From NCBI GenBank assembly GCA_017695115.1, contig JADILV010000035.1, forward strand, positions 4,266 to 68,265: a stretch of DNA of 64,000 nt, in the 5' to 3' direction. The notes below the pieces were generated by a model, which did not search any database, was not told the DNA's origin, and saw only the letters and a list, made by a program, of their open reading frames with translations. Of this stretch, positions 36,738 to 46,132 are shown piece by piece (within the stretch, counting starts at the first letter, position 1; every line of letters begins with the position of its first letter). The position numbers were made by a program, and so were the translations under genes. Origin of the DNA: Candidatus Cryptobacteroides avicola (lineage in GTDB: Bacteria; Bacteroidota; Bacteroidia; Bacteroidales; UBA932).

Positions 36738-38051
36738 TTATTGCCGGATTCTCGTTCTGAACCGGATGAAATAGAATATCCCTGCGATGGTAAGCCCTAT
36801 CGGGAATCCTGTCCAGATCCCGACTGCTCCCAGACCTGCCTTGAAACCCAGGAGATATGCCGCCGGGATGGCAACGAGATAATAGCTGATGAAAGCCATC
36901 AGCATGATGGGCCTGACATCCTGTATTCCGCGCAATGCATTGCAGAAGCACAGCTGGAGTCCGTCTCCGAACTGGTATGAGAACAGGACGAAAAGCAGGG
37001 AGAGAACGATGGCCTTTACTTCATGCGAGTCCGTGAACATGCCTATTATGCCGTTTCTGAAAATGAAAATCAGTGCGCAGAACAGTACTGATGTGCCGAG
37101 AATAAGGAAATACCCTGTGGAAGCATACTTGCGGACGCTTTTCATGTCTCCCCGCCCATGCGCATTGCTCACCAGAATGGAAACAGATGAAGCGAGCCCC
37201 ATCATCATAAGGAAGCATATCTGCGATATGGTAAGTGTAATCTGATGGGCGGCAAGGGCTGTGGCCCCTATCCAGCCTACCATCACTGCGCTGATGGAGA
37301 ATGTAGACGTTTCCATTCCTGTCTGGAGGGCGAGGGGATAGCCGAGACCGAACAGTCTTTTCATGTCCTTGCCGGAGACAGCGGCCTCCCGGAACGCCTG
37401 CGCGTATTCTTTTAGCTGCGGGGCTTTCAGTATGTATATCAGGAATATTATGAAAATCAATATTCTGGAACCGAGGGTGCTGATTCCGGCCCCCAGCAGT
37501 CCGAGTTCCGGGAATCCGGCTTTCCCGTAGATGAGCACCCAGTTCCCGATGATGTTCAGCACGTTGCCTCCCATCAGCAGGGCCATGGCCACTACGGGTT
37601 TGCAGATACCGTCGGTAAACTGCTTCAATGTGTTGAACCCCATGGCGAAGACTGTTGATACTGCCACTACTGCATAATACGGCCTTATGAGCGGCAGCAG
37701 TTCCGGCTCCTGGCCGAACCTGTCCAGAAAGATGTATATGACCGCCATTATTACCAGACCGGCAAGGGCTGTCAGCCCGTTTATGCAGATACTGTTTTTC
37801 AGTGTCCTCCCTATCCCTGAAGTGTCCTTTATGCCGAACTGTGAGCCTATAAGCGGCGTCATTCCGTTGGCAAAGCCCAGCTCGGTGAAAATGAAAAGGT
37901 TTATCAGACCGTTTACAAAAGAGGCTGCGGCAAGGTCATCCACTCCGTACCAGCCTATCATTATATTGTCGGCGAACGCGAGAATGACAACGCAGGCCTG
38001 CCCCAGCATTATCGGCACGCCTATTTTCAGTATTTCAGCAACGGTCTTCAT
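36738..38051 (-). CDS. MATE family efflux transporter
   Basis: 437 aa with 12-TM-like hydrophobicity and a MatE-type N-terminus (ILKIGVPIMLGQ...). Confidence 0.88.
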   Translation of the reverse strand: MKTVAEILKIGVPIMLGQACVVILAFADNIMIGWYGVDDLAAASFVNGLINLFIFTELGFANGMTPLIGSQFGIKDTSGIGRTLKNSICINGLTALAGLVIMAVIYIFLDRFGQEPELLPLIRPYYAVVAVSTVFAMGFNTLKQFTDGICKPVVAMALLMGGNVLNIIGNWVLIYGKAGFPELGLLGAGISTLGSRILIFIIFLIYILKAPQLKEYAQAFREAAVSGKDMKRLFGLGYPLALQTGMETSTFSISAVMVGWIGATALAAHQITLTISQICFLMMMGLASSVSILVSNAHGRGDMKSVRKYASTGYFLILGTSVLFCALIFIFRNGIIGMFTDSHEVKAIVLSLLFVLFSYQFGDGLQLCFCNALRGIQDVRPIMLMAFISYYLVAIPAAYLLGFKAGLGAVGIWTGFPIGLTIAGIFYFIRFRTRIRQ

Positions 38052-38067
38052 AAGTAGGAAAAGGCTG

Positions 38068-38075
38068 CAAAAATA
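38068..38075 (-). promoter_or_regulatory. Bacteroidota -7 box (TATTTTTG on the minus strand)
   Basis: ~16 nt upstream of the MATE ATG. Confidence 0.4.
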
Positions 38076-38103
38076 CTACATTTCCCGAAATCGGAAAATT
38101 TTA

Positions 38104-38111
38104 TAAATTTG
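38104..38111 (+). promoter_or_regulatory. Bacteroidota -7 box (TAAATTTG)
   Basis: ~15 nt upstream of the ATG at 38127. It overlaps the TTG start of the ORF track. Confidence 0.45.
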
Positions 38112-38126
38112 TATATTCAAGACACT

Positions 38127-40190
38127 ATGCTTATGGATTTCCCTGTGACCGATCCTACCTGGATTTTCTTTATCGTGATGATTATCATCCTGTTTGCCCC
38201 TATTATTCTGGGAAAACTGAAAATACCCCATATAATAGGTATGATTCTGGCCGGAATCCTGGTAGGGGAGTACGGGCTGAACATTCTGGAGCGGGACAGC
38301 AGTTTCCAGCTGTTCGGACAGGTGGGGCTGTATTATATAATGTTCCTGGCCGGGCTGGAGATGGACATGGAGGATTTCAGGAAAAACAGGGTGAAAGGTC
38401 TGGTATTCGGCATCCTTACGTTCGCCATCCCGATGATTCTGGGTATATGGACGAGTGTAAGCCTTCTTCATTACAGCGTGGTGTCTTCGGTTCTTCTGGC
38501 AAGCATGTATGCTTCCCATACTCTGATCGCCTACCCGATAGTCAGCCGCTACGGCCTTTCACGGCAGAGAAGCGTGAATATATCGATTGCCGGTACGGCG
38601 ATAACGGTAACATTGGCCCTTGTCATCCTGGCCGTCATAAGCGGCATGTATAAAGGGACTGTAGACGGTTTCTACTGGCTGTGGCTTGTGGTGAAGGTGA
38701 CCCTGCTGGGCCTGGCGATAGTTTTCCTCGTGCCTCTTCTGGGCAGGTGGTTCTTCCGAAAATATGACGATGCCGTGATGCAGTTCGTTTTCGTGCTTGC
38801 CCTGGTCTTTCTCGGCGGAGGGCTGATGTCTCTTGCCGGAATGGAAGGCATTCTCGGGGCCTTTCTGGTGGGAATGGTCCTTAACAAGCTGGTACCGAAG
38901 GTTTCTCCTCTAATGAACCGTCTGGAATTTGTGGGCAATGCCCTGTTCATTCCTTATTTCCTTATAGGTGTGGGAATGATAATAGATGTCCGCAGTTTCA
39001 TTGCAGGAGGCGAGGCTATGAAGGTGGCCGTGGTCATGACGGTGGTGGCGACTCTGAGCAAATGGCTTGCCGCCTTTTTCACTCAGAAAATATACGGGAT
39101 GTCCCGGAACGAGCGCAAGATGATGTTCGGTCTGAGCAACGCTCAGGCGGCCGCTACTCTGGCGGCTGTGCTTATCGGGCATGAGATAATCCTGGAAAAC
39201 GGGGAGCGGCTCCTTAATGACGATGTCCTGAACGGGACGGTCATAATGATTCTGTTCACATGTGTCATAAGCACAATTGAAACGGAGCGGGCGTCACGCC
39301 GTTTCGCCATGGATCAGAATTCTGCCTCTTCCATTGAGAAAGACAAGGCAAAGGAAAGGGAGAAGATACTTATTCCGGTAGCGAATCCGGACACTATCGA
39401 GAACCTTATCAATCTTGCCCTTGTGGTCAAGGATCCCAAAAGCAGGGAAAGTATCGTCGCCCTGAATGTCATCAATGACGGCGGAACATCGGAAGCGGGG
39501 GAGGCCGTAGGCCGGAAAAGTCTGGAGCGAGCGGCAATGATAGCTTCTTCCGCCGATGTGAAGACGGATATGGTGTGCCGTTACGATATGAATGTGGCTT
39601 CAGGTATCGTCCATACTCTCAAAGAGAAGGATGCCACCGATCTTGTCATAGGCCTTCACCGGAAAAGCAGCATACTTGACTCTTTCTTCGGCAGCCTGAC
39701 CGGCAGCATCCTTAAAGGGACTTACAGGGAAGTGATGGTAGCCCGTCTGGAAATGCCTGTCAATACGCTTAAAGGCATTGTCGTTATGGTACCTGCACGG
39801 GCTGAATATGAGACGGGTTTTGCACGCTGGACCGCACATCTGTGCCGCATGGCTTCCCAGCTCGGCTGCAGGATACATTTCTATGCCGAGACGGGAACGG
39901 CGGAGAAGCTCAGGGAACTTGCCGACGGCTCTGAGGCGAAGACTCTGGCTGTGGTCAATGTAGTTGAAAACCAGCCTTTCCAGGACCGCATGTCAGCACT
40001 GAAAGTCGGACGGGAGCAGCTGCTGGTGATAGTAAGCGCAAGAGCCGGCTCCGTGTCGTACGATTCTGCGTTCGACAGGCTGCCGGCCCTTATCAACAGG
40101 AATTTCTCTGAAAACAACCTCCTTATCCTTTATCCCGAGCAGGTCGACCGTCAGGGTATGGTGTTCTTCGCCGACCCGAGGGGGAACTGA
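38127..40190 (+). CDS. Cation:proton antiporter (CPA2/Kef-like) with a cytoplasmic C-terminal universal-stress-protein-like region
   Basis: The N-terminal ~400 aa form a polytopic Na_H_Exchanger-like domain (GMILAGILVGEYGLN...). The C-terminal ~280 aa contain two alpha/beta USP-like halves (ILIPVANP..., IVVMVPAR...). Confidence 0.85.
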   Translation: MLMDFPVTDPTWIFFIVMIIILFAPIILGKLKIPHIIGMILAGILVGEYGLNILERDSSFQLFGQVGLYYIMFLAGLEMDMEDFRKNRVKGLVFGILTFAIPMILGIWTSVSLLHYSVVSSVLLASMYASHTLIAYPIVSRYGLSRQRSVNISIAGTAITVTLALVILAVISGMYKGTVDGFYWLWLVVKVTLLGLAIVFLVPLLGRWFFRKYDDAVMQFVFVLALVFLGGGLMSLAGMEGILGAFLVGMVLNKLVPKVSPLMNRLEFVGNALFIPYFLIGVGMIIDVRSFIAGGEAMKVAVVMTVVATLSKWLAAFFTQKIYGMSRNERKMMFGLSNAQAAATLAAVLIGHEIILENGERLLNDDVLNGTVIMILFTCVISTIETERASRRFAMDQNSASSIEKDKAKEREKILIPVANPDTIENLINLALVVKDPKSRESIVALNVINDGGTSEAGEAVGRKSLERAAMIASSADVKTDMVCRYDMNVASGIVHTLKEKDATDLVIGLHRKSSILDSFFGSLTGSILKGTYREVMVARLEMPVNTLKGIVVMVPARAEYETGFARWTAHLCRMASQLGCRIHFYAETGTAEKLRELADGSEAKTLAVVNVVENQPFQDRMSALKVGREQLLVIVSARAGSVSYDSAFDRLPALINRNFSENNLLILYPEQVDRQGMVFFADPRGN

Positions 40191-40193
40191 GGA

Positions 40194-42362
40194 CTATTTG
40201 GTGTCTATCTGTAAGGTCTTGCCTTCTGCGAGATCTTCGTGCTGTACGAACCATCCCTTGATGCGGCGTCCTCCGCAGGTGATGCGCGTGATTGTTTCTC
40301 CGCTGCCGGTCTTCTTGACGGTGAATGTCTTGCCGTTTCCGAGAGTGAACCTGACTTCATCGAAAAGAGGCACTGTCACTATGTATTCGGGATCGGCAGG
40401 GGAGTATGTGTACAGGCCTATGGCATTGAGCACGTACCAGGATGTCATTTCACCTGCATCGTCCATTCCGGCAAGGGCGAGACGGTCGGCCCCCATGTCA
40501 TAGAATCTGTCCATGATGGTATTGAGGACGGCCTGTGTCTTCGGCTGCTTCCCGATGAAGCAGTATGTGTACGGGATGCTGTGCCCCGGCTGGTTCCCGT
40601 GGCAATAGTTGCCGATGAATGCGGTCAGGTTGTCTACTTCATATCCTCTCCACGGCTCCGTGAACAAAGAGTCCAGTTTGGCTTCTACGGCCTTCTTGTC
40701 AGGATACAGTCCGAGCATGCCTTTTATGTCATGCGGCGGATAGAACAGGTTGTTCCACGCGTTGGATTCTCTGTACATGTACTGATAATAAGGATAATAC
40801 GGGTCGAATTGCTTGATCCAGCTTCCGTCGGCTATCCGTCCTCTGTAGAATCCTGTCGAACTGTCGAAGACGTTCTTGTAATTTTCGGAATGCTTCATAA
40901 GCAGCCTGTAGTTGTCTTCGTCGCCCAGGACTTTGGCGACAAGGGCGGTCGCATAGTCGTCGTAAGAATATTCAAGTGTCTTGGTTACGGCCCCTTTGTA
41001 CTCGTCGAAGAACGGTACGTCGGTGGTGTCCTTTTCTGCAATCCAGCCGTTTGCGAGGTATTCGTCCAGATAGCGTCTGCCTCCCGGTCCGGGCACGGTG
41101 GCATTGCGCAGAAGAAGCCGGTATGCCCTTTCAAGGTCGAAATCGCGTATGCCTCTGAGCCAGGTGCCTGCAATAAATGTAGATGCATGGTCTCCATGGA
41201 AGAAAGTCGGCATATAGCCTGATCCCTTTTCGCCCATGTCGGTGATGGATGAAGCGACATCGGCTGCAACCTGCGGCTCGATCATCCCGAGAAGGATGAG
41301 CTTGTTGCGGTAGTCATCCCAGAAAGAAGGCATGGTGTAATAGTTGAAGTCCGCTTTCGTGACATTCCCTGCGGCGTCAGTGTATTCTCCGTTCACATCG
41401 CTTCTGAGACAAGGCCAGAGAAAAGCCCGGTAGAGACATGAGTAGAATATCCCTTTCTGCCGTTCCGTCCCGCCTTTGACCTGTATTTTTGACAGCAGGG
41501 CATTCCATGTGCTGTCAGCTTCGGCGCGGACTGTCGCGAAATCCTTTGACAGCATTTCGGCTTCGAGGTTCATTCTGGCATTTTCCGTACTTACGAAAGA
41601 GAAACCTATTTTAAGTTCAAGCGGTTCCTGCCCTTTGCTGTCCTTGAAAGTGATGATGGAAACAGAATGCCTGTCACGTCCTTTCTGCCCGGCTATTTGC
41701 CCGATCTTGTCTATTTCATAGTTTGAAACGGCGTAGAAGTAGATTTTCCCGTCTCCGTTCTGGTATCCGGAGAAACTGTGCGGGCCTTCTTTCCCCAGGG
41801 CCCATTCTGTGACCCTGTTGTTGTTTCTTGTCATGTCCGCAAGGAGTTTCTTCTCGTCTTCCGGGCGGAATGTATATTTATGGTATGCGCACCTCATCGT
41901 CGAGGTCAGTTCTGCATTGACTCCGTATCTTTCAAGATATACCTGATAGTATCCGGGGCGGGCGCTTTCGTTTTCATGGCTGAATCCGGATGCATAGTCC
42001 AGAGGGTCGATTCCGCCCGTCACGGGGAGGACAGGGACATGCAGCAGGTTCCAGTGTCCTTTGTTGGTGTGGCTGAACCCGTAAATGGTCTTGTCTTCGT
42101 ACTGGTATCCCGCTCCGCTGCGGAACATTGTCACAGGGCTGGCCTGTACCATGGCATTCGGGAGCGATGTTCCGGGAAATACTTCGGCGCCCCATGTGCG
42201 GGCCTCCTTGTGCCGTTCATATCCCAGGTCCTCGGTTTCCCACAGGGTGGCCGTTCCCAGAAAAGGGTTTGCGTAGTCCGTAAGGTTCTGTGCGTATGCC
42301 GACAATGAAATGCATGCGGCAGAAATAAGAGTAAGCGACAATCGTGTTTTCATATCCGTCAT
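40194..42362 (-). CDS. Glycoside hydrolase family 92 (alpha-mannosidase-like)
   Basis: 722 aa. Signal peptide and the GH92-type N-terminus NPFLGTAT...FPGTSLPNAMVQASP. Size is typical of the family. Confidence 0.88.
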   Translation of the reverse strand: MTDMKTRLSLTLISAACISLSAYAQNLTDYANPFLGTATLWETEDLGYERHKEARTWGAEVFPGTSLPNAMVQASPVTMFRSGAGYQYEDKTIYGFSHTNKGHWNLLHVPVLPVTGGIDPLDYASGFSHENESARPGYYQVYLERYGVNAELTSTMRCAYHKYTFRPEDEKKLLADMTRNNNRVTEWALGKEGPHSFSGYQNGDGKIYFYAVSNYEIDKIGQIAGQKGRDRHSVSIITFKDSKGQEPLELKIGFSFVSTENARMNLEAEMLSKDFATVRAEADSTWNALLSKIQVKGGTERQKGIFYSCLYRAFLWPCLRSDVNGEYTDAAGNVTKADFNYYTMPSFWDDYRNKLILLGMIEPQVAADVASSITDMGEKGSGYMPTFFHGDHASTFIAGTWLRGIRDFDLERAYRLLLRNATVPGPGGRRYLDEYLANGWIAEKDTTDVPFFDEYKGAVTKTLEYSYDDYATALVAKVLGDEDNYRLLMKHSENYKNVFDSSTGFYRGRIADGSWIKQFDPYYPYYQYMYRESNAWNNLFYPPHDIKGMLGLYPDKKAVEAKLDSLFTEPWRGYEVDNLTAFIGNYCHGNQPGHSIPYTYCFIGKQPKTQAVLNTIMDRFYDMGADRLALAGMDDAGEMTSWYVLNAIGLYTYSPADPEYIVTVPLFDEVRFTLGNGKTFTVKKTGSGETITRITCGGRRIKGWFVQHEDLAEGKTLQIDTK

Positions 42363-42442
42363 TTTTTCTGTAAATATATGTCGGCGGGTATGAAACCGGA
42401 GTACGTTTCCGTGTAAATTTAGTCACCCTCGGTTCCGGGGAC

Positions 42443-42478
42443 AAAAAAAAGACAGGCTTCATCGAAGTCTGTCTTTTT
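42443..42478 (-). terminator. Hairpin terminator downstream of tRNA-Leu(GAG), with A- and T-runs on both sides
   Basis: aagacag-g-cttc-atc-gaag-t-ctgtctt, flanked by A8 and T5. Confidence 0.6.
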
Positions 42479-42482
42479 CGGG

Positions 42483-42565
42483 TGCGGATGGCGAGAGTCG
42501 AACTCGCACAGGCTTACGCCCACCACCCCCTCAAAGTGGCGTGTCTACCATTTCACCACATCCGC
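42483..42565 (-). tRNA. tRNA-Leu, anticodon GAG
   Basis: The 83-nt reverse complement GCGGATG..GTG..CAC-G-CCACT-TTGAGGG-GGTGG-(long variable arm)-GCGAG-TTCGACT-CTCGC-CATCCGC-A folds as a cloverleaf. A73 is present. The 3' CCA is not fully encoded (the sequence reads ACCC). Confidence 0.88.
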
Positions 42566-42581
42566 TTTTGATTTGGGACTG

Positions 42582-42589
42582 CAAAGATA
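42582..42589 (-). promoter_or_regulatory. Bacteroidota -7 box (TATCTTTG on the minus strand)
   Basis: ~16 nt upstream of the tRNA-Leu(GAG) 5' end. Confidence 0.45.
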
Positions 42590-42687
42590 TATATTTTATT
42601 TTACTCTGCAACAATTTATTTTGATTTTTTGCAGATTTCTCCACTCCAGACTCCGTCTTCCGGTCGGAATGACAAGATGCGGACAGT

Positions 42688-43152
42688 TTATTCGCCGATT
42701 TTTTTCCAGAATATGGTTTCTCCGAACCCCATCAGGGTACCGCGCACCTTCAGGCTGGTGTCGGAGTCGAACGAACAAGTGACATTGGCCCTCAGGCCTC
42801 TTGTCGGGTCATATATTTTGCCGCTGTCCCAGCGCTTTTTGTCAGGATTGTACTTAAGGCCTTCAATGACGGTTATACTGTCGCAGGGTGTGCTTCTGAG
42901 TGCTTTGTCCGGATTCTTCTCGTCCAGCCGGACATTGCCGTTCTTGTCGAGCCTGTTCTCTACCCAGATGGTTCTGGCCGTAAATGTTCCGTCCGTGTCC
43001 TGGTATACCCTGACTTTGCTGTTTTCCCCTGCATGTGAAACGTAGTATATGCCTGTGATGTTTCCGGCACAACCGTTCATGCCGGCATCCTGGGCGGCTG
43101 CAAGGAACGGCGTGCACAGGATAAATGTCAGCGCGGTAAGGGTCCCTTTCAT
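42688..43152 (-). CDS. DUF2147-like secreted protein
   Basis: 154 aa. Signal peptide, then the pattern ...KVRVYQDTDGTFTARTIWVE...DEKNPD...GLKYNPDKKRWDSGKIYDPTRG...LKVRG. Confidence 0.7.
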   Translation of the reverse strand: MKGTLTALTFILCTPFLAAAQDAGMNGCAGNITGIYYVSHAGENSKVRVYQDTDGTFTARTIWVENRLDKNGNVRLDEKNPDKALRSTPCDSITVIEGLKYNPDKKRWDSGKIYDPTRGLRANVTCSFDSDTSLKVRGTLMGFGETIFWKKIGE

Positions 43153-43199
43153 GTTTTAAGAGTACTAACTTTTTGTTTCTAAGAATAATACATGAGTTG

Positions 43200-43207
43200 C
43201 AAATATA
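43200..43207 (-). promoter_or_regulatory. Bacteroidota -7 box (TATATTTG on the minus strand)
   Basis: ~47 nt upstream of the DUF2147-like ATG. Confidence 0.4.
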
Positions 43208-43219
43208 GAAAAAATATAG

Positions 43220-43227
43220 TAGTTTTG
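43220..43227 (+). promoter_or_regulatory. Bacteroidota -7 box (TAGTTTTG)
   Basis: ~62 nt upstream of the rpsP ATG. Confidence 0.45.
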
Positions 43228-43289
43228 CGCCGTTTTCCTCGTGAAGGAAGACACAGGTGAATTATTAACTTAATAAAAAACAGATTACA

Positions 43290-43868
43290 ATGGCTGTTAA
43301 ACTTCGTCTACAGCGCCACGGAAAGAAGAATTTCGCATTCTTCCACATTGTAGTGGCTGACACTCGCGCACCTCGCGATGGTCGTTTCATCGAGCAGATC
43401 GGCTCTTACAACCCGAACACCAACCCTGCAACCATCGTCCTGAAAGCAGACAGGGCCCTTGCATGGCTTAATGTCGGTGCACAGCCTACGCTCGTTGTCC
43501 GTCGTATCCTTTCCTATGAGGGAGTCCTCCTTAGAAAACACCTTCAGGGTGGAGTGGCAAAGGGAGCCCTTACACAGGAGCAGGCCGACCAGAAATTCGA
43601 AGCCTGGAAAGTTCAGAGGGATGCGAAGATAAACGCCAAGAAAGAGGGTATTTCCAAGGCTGCAGCCGATGCACACAAAGCTGCATTCGAGGCTGAGTCC
43701 AAGGTAAATCAGGAGAGAGCCGAGGCTCTTGCCAAGAAGAAAGCCGAGGCAGAGGAAGCTGCACGTGCCGCCGCAGAGGCTGCCGCAGCCGAGAAAGCCG
43801 CCAAAGAGGCAGAAGCCGCTGCCGAGCAGGCTGCCGCTGAAGCTCCGGCCGAGAATCCTGAGGCATAA
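43290..43868 (+). CDS. rpsP: 30S ribosomal protein S16 with a long Ala/Glu/Lys-rich C-terminal extension
   Basis: [42 protein letters not shown] is canonical S16. Residues from ~90 onward are an extension. Confidence 0.93.
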   Translation: MAVKLRLQRHGKKNFAFFHIVVADTRAPRDGRFIEQIGSYNPNTNPATIVLKADRALAWLNVGAQPTLVVRRILSYEGVLLRKHLQGGVAKGALTQEQADQKFEAWKVQRDAKINAKKEGISKAAADAHKAAFEAESKVNQERAEALAKKKAEAEEAARAAAEAAAAEKAAKEAEAAAEQAAAEAPAENPEA

Positions 43869-43870
43869 TC

Positions 43871-44374
43871 ATGCAGGACCTGCATAAGATAGCCCAGGTA
43901 TTGAAATCCAACGGTACCGATGGGGAACTCATACTCGGGTTCCGTGACATCGCTCCTGAAGATATCAACGTTGAAGAACCGGTGTTCATCTATTTCGATG
44001 GACTTCCGGTTCCTTTTTTTATCGGGTCTTTGCGTAGAAAAGGGCAGAACAAGGCCCTTGTCCGTCTTACCGGAATATGCAGCGACGAGGACGCCCGGGA
44101 GGTGACCGGACGGAGTGTCTATGCCGAGACGGGTACTGCCGGAACAGAATACGATGAAGACTTTTCGTCACTTGTCGGGTGGATGCTTCTTGATGCGGAC
44201 GGGAAGGCGGTCGGACGTATATCGGACTATCTTGACATTCCGGGAAATCCTTGTCTTGAAATTGCAGTCAAGGATGCCGGTACTTCCATCATTCCGCTGC
44301 ATGAAGATCTCATAATCTCAGCAGACGAAAAAAAGCAGGAACTGACAATGTCAATCCCTGCGGGTCTTGTATAA
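43871..44374 (+). CDS. rimM: Ribosome maturation factor RimM
   Basis: 167 aa, starting 2 nt after rpsP. Has RimM and PRC-barrel pattern (GTDGELIL...; IPLHEDLI). Confidence 0.88.
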   Translation: MQDLHKIAQVLKSNGTDGELILGFRDIAPEDINVEEPVFIYFDGLPVPFFIGSLRRKGQNKALVRLTGICSDEDAREVTGRSVYAETGTAGTEYDEDFSSLVGWMLLDADGKAVGRISDYLDIPGNPCLEIAVKDAGTSIIPLHEDLIISADEKKQELTMSIPAGLV

Positions 44375-44405
44375 TTGCTCTATGCGCCGTCACGGCGCGA
44401 TCATG

Positions 44406-45263
44406 TCAGTAGCTTATATGTATCTGGGCCGTAAAGTTGTCCATGCAGAAATCCGTGTACGGCAGATTGTCTGCGGGATCCGAGAGCGCAAGATCGAAAT
44501 CTATATAGTCGACACTGCCCAGTTTGCTTAGATCGAAAGCGGACCATCCTGTCACGAGCGAATCTTTTACCACGCCGCCTTCCGTTACCTTGCTTTTCCC
44601 TTTTCCTGCAAGAAGGAATGTAGCTGTGCCTGTTACCTTGCCGTCCAGGTATCCGGTAGCGGTCAGGGTATAGTCTCCGTTGAGGTTGAATACATTTTCA
44701 TCCACATTTTCTCCGCGAATGGCACGCACCGTTGATGCACTGTTGCAGACATACATTCCTTTAAGAGTACAGGTGCCGCTCTCGAAAGGGATGAACAGCA
44801 TGTCATGTTCCGGCATCATGTCTGTCTGGCGGAAATAGAAAAACGGAGCCGAGGGGCTCTCGGAACTTTTTTCGGATTTACCGTATACACAGTATTCGCC
44901 GGGAGTTTCCGTTATAGTGGCGGAACTTTCATCCGCCGCTCCGCCTTCAGTGTCATCCCCTTCTTCCGAACCGGTTTCCGGTTTTTCCCATTCCTGCTTT
45001 GACAGGGCGAAACCTCCCATGAGTGACGAAGATGTAGAACAGCTGAAATAGGCTATGGTATTGCCCACGGCAAATACGCTTTCCCTGCTGCCGTCCGACG
45101 GGGCCGGGAACAGGTATACTGTGGCCCCGTCCTTGAAAATTTCACTGGAATTGTTATATATCCCTGTGTCTGTAAAATAGAAACTGCCTTCATAATTGGT
45201 GCCTTTCATGCATGATGTCACAATAAGCGGAACAGATGCAAGAATCAGAATGATCTTTTTCAT
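44406..45263 (-). CDS. Hypothetical lipoprotein with an acidic low-complexity insert
   Basis: MKKIILILASVPLIVTSC is a lipobox. A central EKPETGSEEGDDTEGGAADESS stretch is present. No family assigned. Confidence 0.6.
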   Translation of the reverse strand: MKKIILILASVPLIVTSCMKGTNYEGSFYFTDTGIYNNSSEIFKDGATVYLFPAPSDGSRESVFAVGNTIAYFSCSTSSSLMGGFALSKQEWEKPETGSEEGDDTEGGAADESSATITETPGEYCVYGKSEKSSESPSAPFFYFRQTDMMPEHDMLFIPFESGTCTLKGMYVCNSASTVRAIRGENVDENVFNLNGDYTLTATGYLDGKVTGTATFLLAGKGKSKVTEGGVVKDSLVTGWSAFDLSKLGSVDYIDFDLALSDPADNLPYTDFCMDNFTAQIHISY

Positions 45264-45286
45264 TTTCAGTATTTTAAATTATAACG

Positions 45287-45294
45287 CAAATATA
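45287..45294 (-). promoter_or_regulatory. Bacteroidota -7 box (TATATTTG on the minus strand)
   Basis: ~23 nt upstream of the lipoprotein ATG, immediately after the dapF stop. Confidence 0.4.
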
Positions 45295-45301
45295 ATATCT
45301 T

Positions 45302-46120
45302 TCATACGGTTATTTCGGCTACTCTGACTGCCGGTCCGGTAAGCCATACATCCGTAAAGGACATGTCCTCTCCAGGTGTAAACTCCACAGTCAGGGAGTC
45401 CCGCAGGGCTTTTACCGGGACGAGAACCAGAGGTTTTCCGGCAGTCCCTTTATCTTTCTTGGCCCAGATATCCGGTCTTGAAAGATACGCCGCGATGGCC
45501 GATGCCGTGATGCCTGTCCCGCAGGCGAAAGTCTCGGCTTCTACGCCTTTTTCATACGTCCTTACGTGAAGGACCTTCTTTTCGGTGTCCGGTTCGGCAA
45601 AATTGGCATTTACGCCTGTCGGGGCATATTCTTTTCTGTACCGTATCTCCCGTCCGGCCGTGAAGACATCATAGCTGTCGAGACCATGTACGAACTGCAC
45701 GAAATGTCTTGTGCCCGTATCAATAAACCAGGAATCTTCATTTTCTTGCTTCACGGTGCAGACATTTTTCATTTTCAGCCGTATGATTTTTTCATTTCCG
45801 TGATTTTCAATGATTTCTGCACGATGGAAACCATCGGCTGCCTCAAAGTCGAATCCGGTGATGCCCATGTCTGCAGCGAATGCTGTCATGCATCTGCCCC
45901 CGTTTCCGCACATCATCCCGCCGGAACCGTCGGAGTTGAAGTATGTCATGCGGAAGTCGTACCTGCCGCTGCTTTCCAGAAGCATCAGCCCGTCAGCGCC
46001 TATGCCGTAGTGCCGGTCGCACAGACCTGTTATCTGTCCGGCCGAAAGCGTGATGTCTCCGTTTCTGTTGTCTGCGATGAGGAAGTCGTTTCCGGCCCCC
46101 TGGTATTTGTACAGTTTCAT
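45302..46120 (-). CDS. dapF: Diaminopimelate epimerase
   Basis: 272 aa. Shows KYQGAGNDF, the catalytic Cys motifs MCGNGGRC and ACGTG. Confidence 0.92.
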   Translation of the reverse strand: MKLYKYQGAGNDFLIADNRNGDITLSAGQITGLCDRHYGIGADGLMLLESSGRYDFRMTYFNSDGSGGMMCGNGGRCMTAFAADMGITGFDFEAADGFHRAEIIENHGNEKIIRLKMKNVCTVKQENEDSWFIDTGTRHFVQFVHGLDSYDVFTAGREIRYRKEYAPTGVNANFAEPDTEKKVLHVRTYEKGVEAETFACGTGITASAIAAYLSRPDIWAKKDKGTAGKPLVLVPVKALRDSLTVEFTPGEDMSFTDVWLTGPAVRVAEITV

Positions 46121-46132
46121 GATGGTCTGAGG

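Noticed and set aside
44384-44398. A GC hairpin gcgccg-tca-cggcgc between the convergent rimM and lipoprotein genes.
   Set aside because: It is plausible as a bidirectional terminator, but it is only 6 bp and has no U-run on either side. It is not listed as a feature.
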